From: Amoeboradix gromovi X-113 | Taxonomy: Eukaryota; Fungi; Sanchytriomycota | Reading direction: 5' to 3' | Length of the DNA: 19,843 bases | Assembly (NCBI GenBank): GCA_018985225.1 | Contig: JADGIF010000105.1 | Location: 1-19,843, forward strand | Shown: positions 19,361 to 19,843 of the stretch, in pieces | How the letters are laid out: each line of letters starts with the position of its first letter | Position numbering within the stretch: position 1 is the stretch's first letter | The notes under the pieces: generated by a model | Seen by the model: the letters and a program-made list of their open reading frames with translations, nothing else | Told to the model about the DNA's origin: nothing | The model's database searches: none | Made by a program: the position numbers and the translations under genes

Positions 19361-19391
19361 GACCAACTATAAAAATAAACTTGTAAACTGT

Positions 19392-19482
19392 TTATTTAAT
19401 AATTCCTATGCTATTGGTCTTACCACGTGTGCAACAATAGAGACCATATGAGGACCAATGTGACAAAATGTCCCTAACTCTA
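19392..19482 (-). pseudogene. Second decayed tyrosine-recombinase-like fragment
   Basis: Reads RVRDILSHWSSYGLYCCTRGKTNSIG; homologous to 544-580 (30/37 nt). RGKT resembles the catalytic-Lys hairpin (rsKT). Confidence 0.35.
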
Positions 19483-19634
19483 TTTTGAACATTTTTTATT
19501 TCGTGTATTGATAAATACACTAAATTCTAAAAAATAAGAAAATCAAACTTGATTTATTTTACCTTTATTGTTGACATGATAAATCGACTTGTTTACTGAA
19601 ACAACACAAACTCATGGGACACCAAATATAAAAA

Positions 19635-19843
19635 CTAGACTAACTCGTATTTAAAGGTGCACCATACTGAGGAAATACTATCATTAACAAAAGATCTTCT
19701 ATTATACCAATTTTCTTTCATTAATTGTATTCCTCTTTTTAAAATAAAACTAGAAGACCCTACATCTCGTTCAAATATACGAGGTCTTTGAGCATCTAAG
19801 CAAAAGGTGCATTTTCTTAGACGGCACTCTTTTCTAGAGTCAT
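19635..19843 (-). CDS. Partial ORF running off the window edge; C-terminus of a possible Fanzor1-like nuclease
   Basis: Stop-free frame from 19841: DSRKECRLRKCTFCLDAQRPRIFERDVGSSSFILKRGIQLMKENW...ELV*. The pattern Lr.CxxC...(spacer)..RD resembles the last Zn-finger pair plus RuvC-III. Confidence 0.4.
   Translation of the reverse strand, partial: DSRKECRLRKCTFCLDAQRPRIFERDVGSSSFILKRGIQLMKENWYNRRSFVNDSISSVWCTFKYELV

Noticed and set aside
19437-19450. 14-nt exact match ATAGAGACCATATG to the Fanzor DRDHM codons
   Set aside because: The similarity does not extend on either side, and the site overlaps the segment explained by the 544-580 homology; probably chance.
1-19843. Alternative genetic code (stop reassignment), prokaryotic origin or a CRISPR array
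   Set aside because: The ORF breaks are explained by GT-AG introns, TAA, TAG and TGA all end genes, the gene content is eukaryotic, and no regularly spaced repeats were seen.

Overview
AT-rich, very compact eukaryotic DNA that looks fungal (probably an early-diverging lineage; this is inference) and uses the standard genetic code. The central 1.8-19.1 kb holds about 13 tightly packed genes: a divergent SUN-like membrane protein, a CID/RPR protein, a GRAM-TBC-EF Rab-GAP, an SLC38/AVT amino-acid transporter, two coiled-coil unknowns, Kgd4/MRPS36-like, Rmd1, a transmembrane PDI, a CxxC unknown, an HMG-box protein, a bHLH factor and PI-phospholipase C. Four of these genes are split by ultra-short 19-21 nt GT-AG introns ending in TAAYTTAG. 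The most notable signal is a family of IS607-type elements carrying a TnpB/Fanzor2-like RNA-guided nuclease. Two internally deleted copies keep both ends (1167-1757 +, 15906-16473 -). There is also a left-end plus TnpA-HTH fragment (19102-~19360) and an older right-end fragment (191-468 -). The ends are delimited by an AG dinucleotide, preceded by C or T at the left junction. The conserved 3' end is a candidate omega-RNA scaffold that abuts a different flank (the predicted guide) at each locus. Both window ends also carry decayed tyrosine-recombinase-like fragments, and the C-terminus of a second, Fanzor1-like protein runs off the right edge. All alignments were done by eye.
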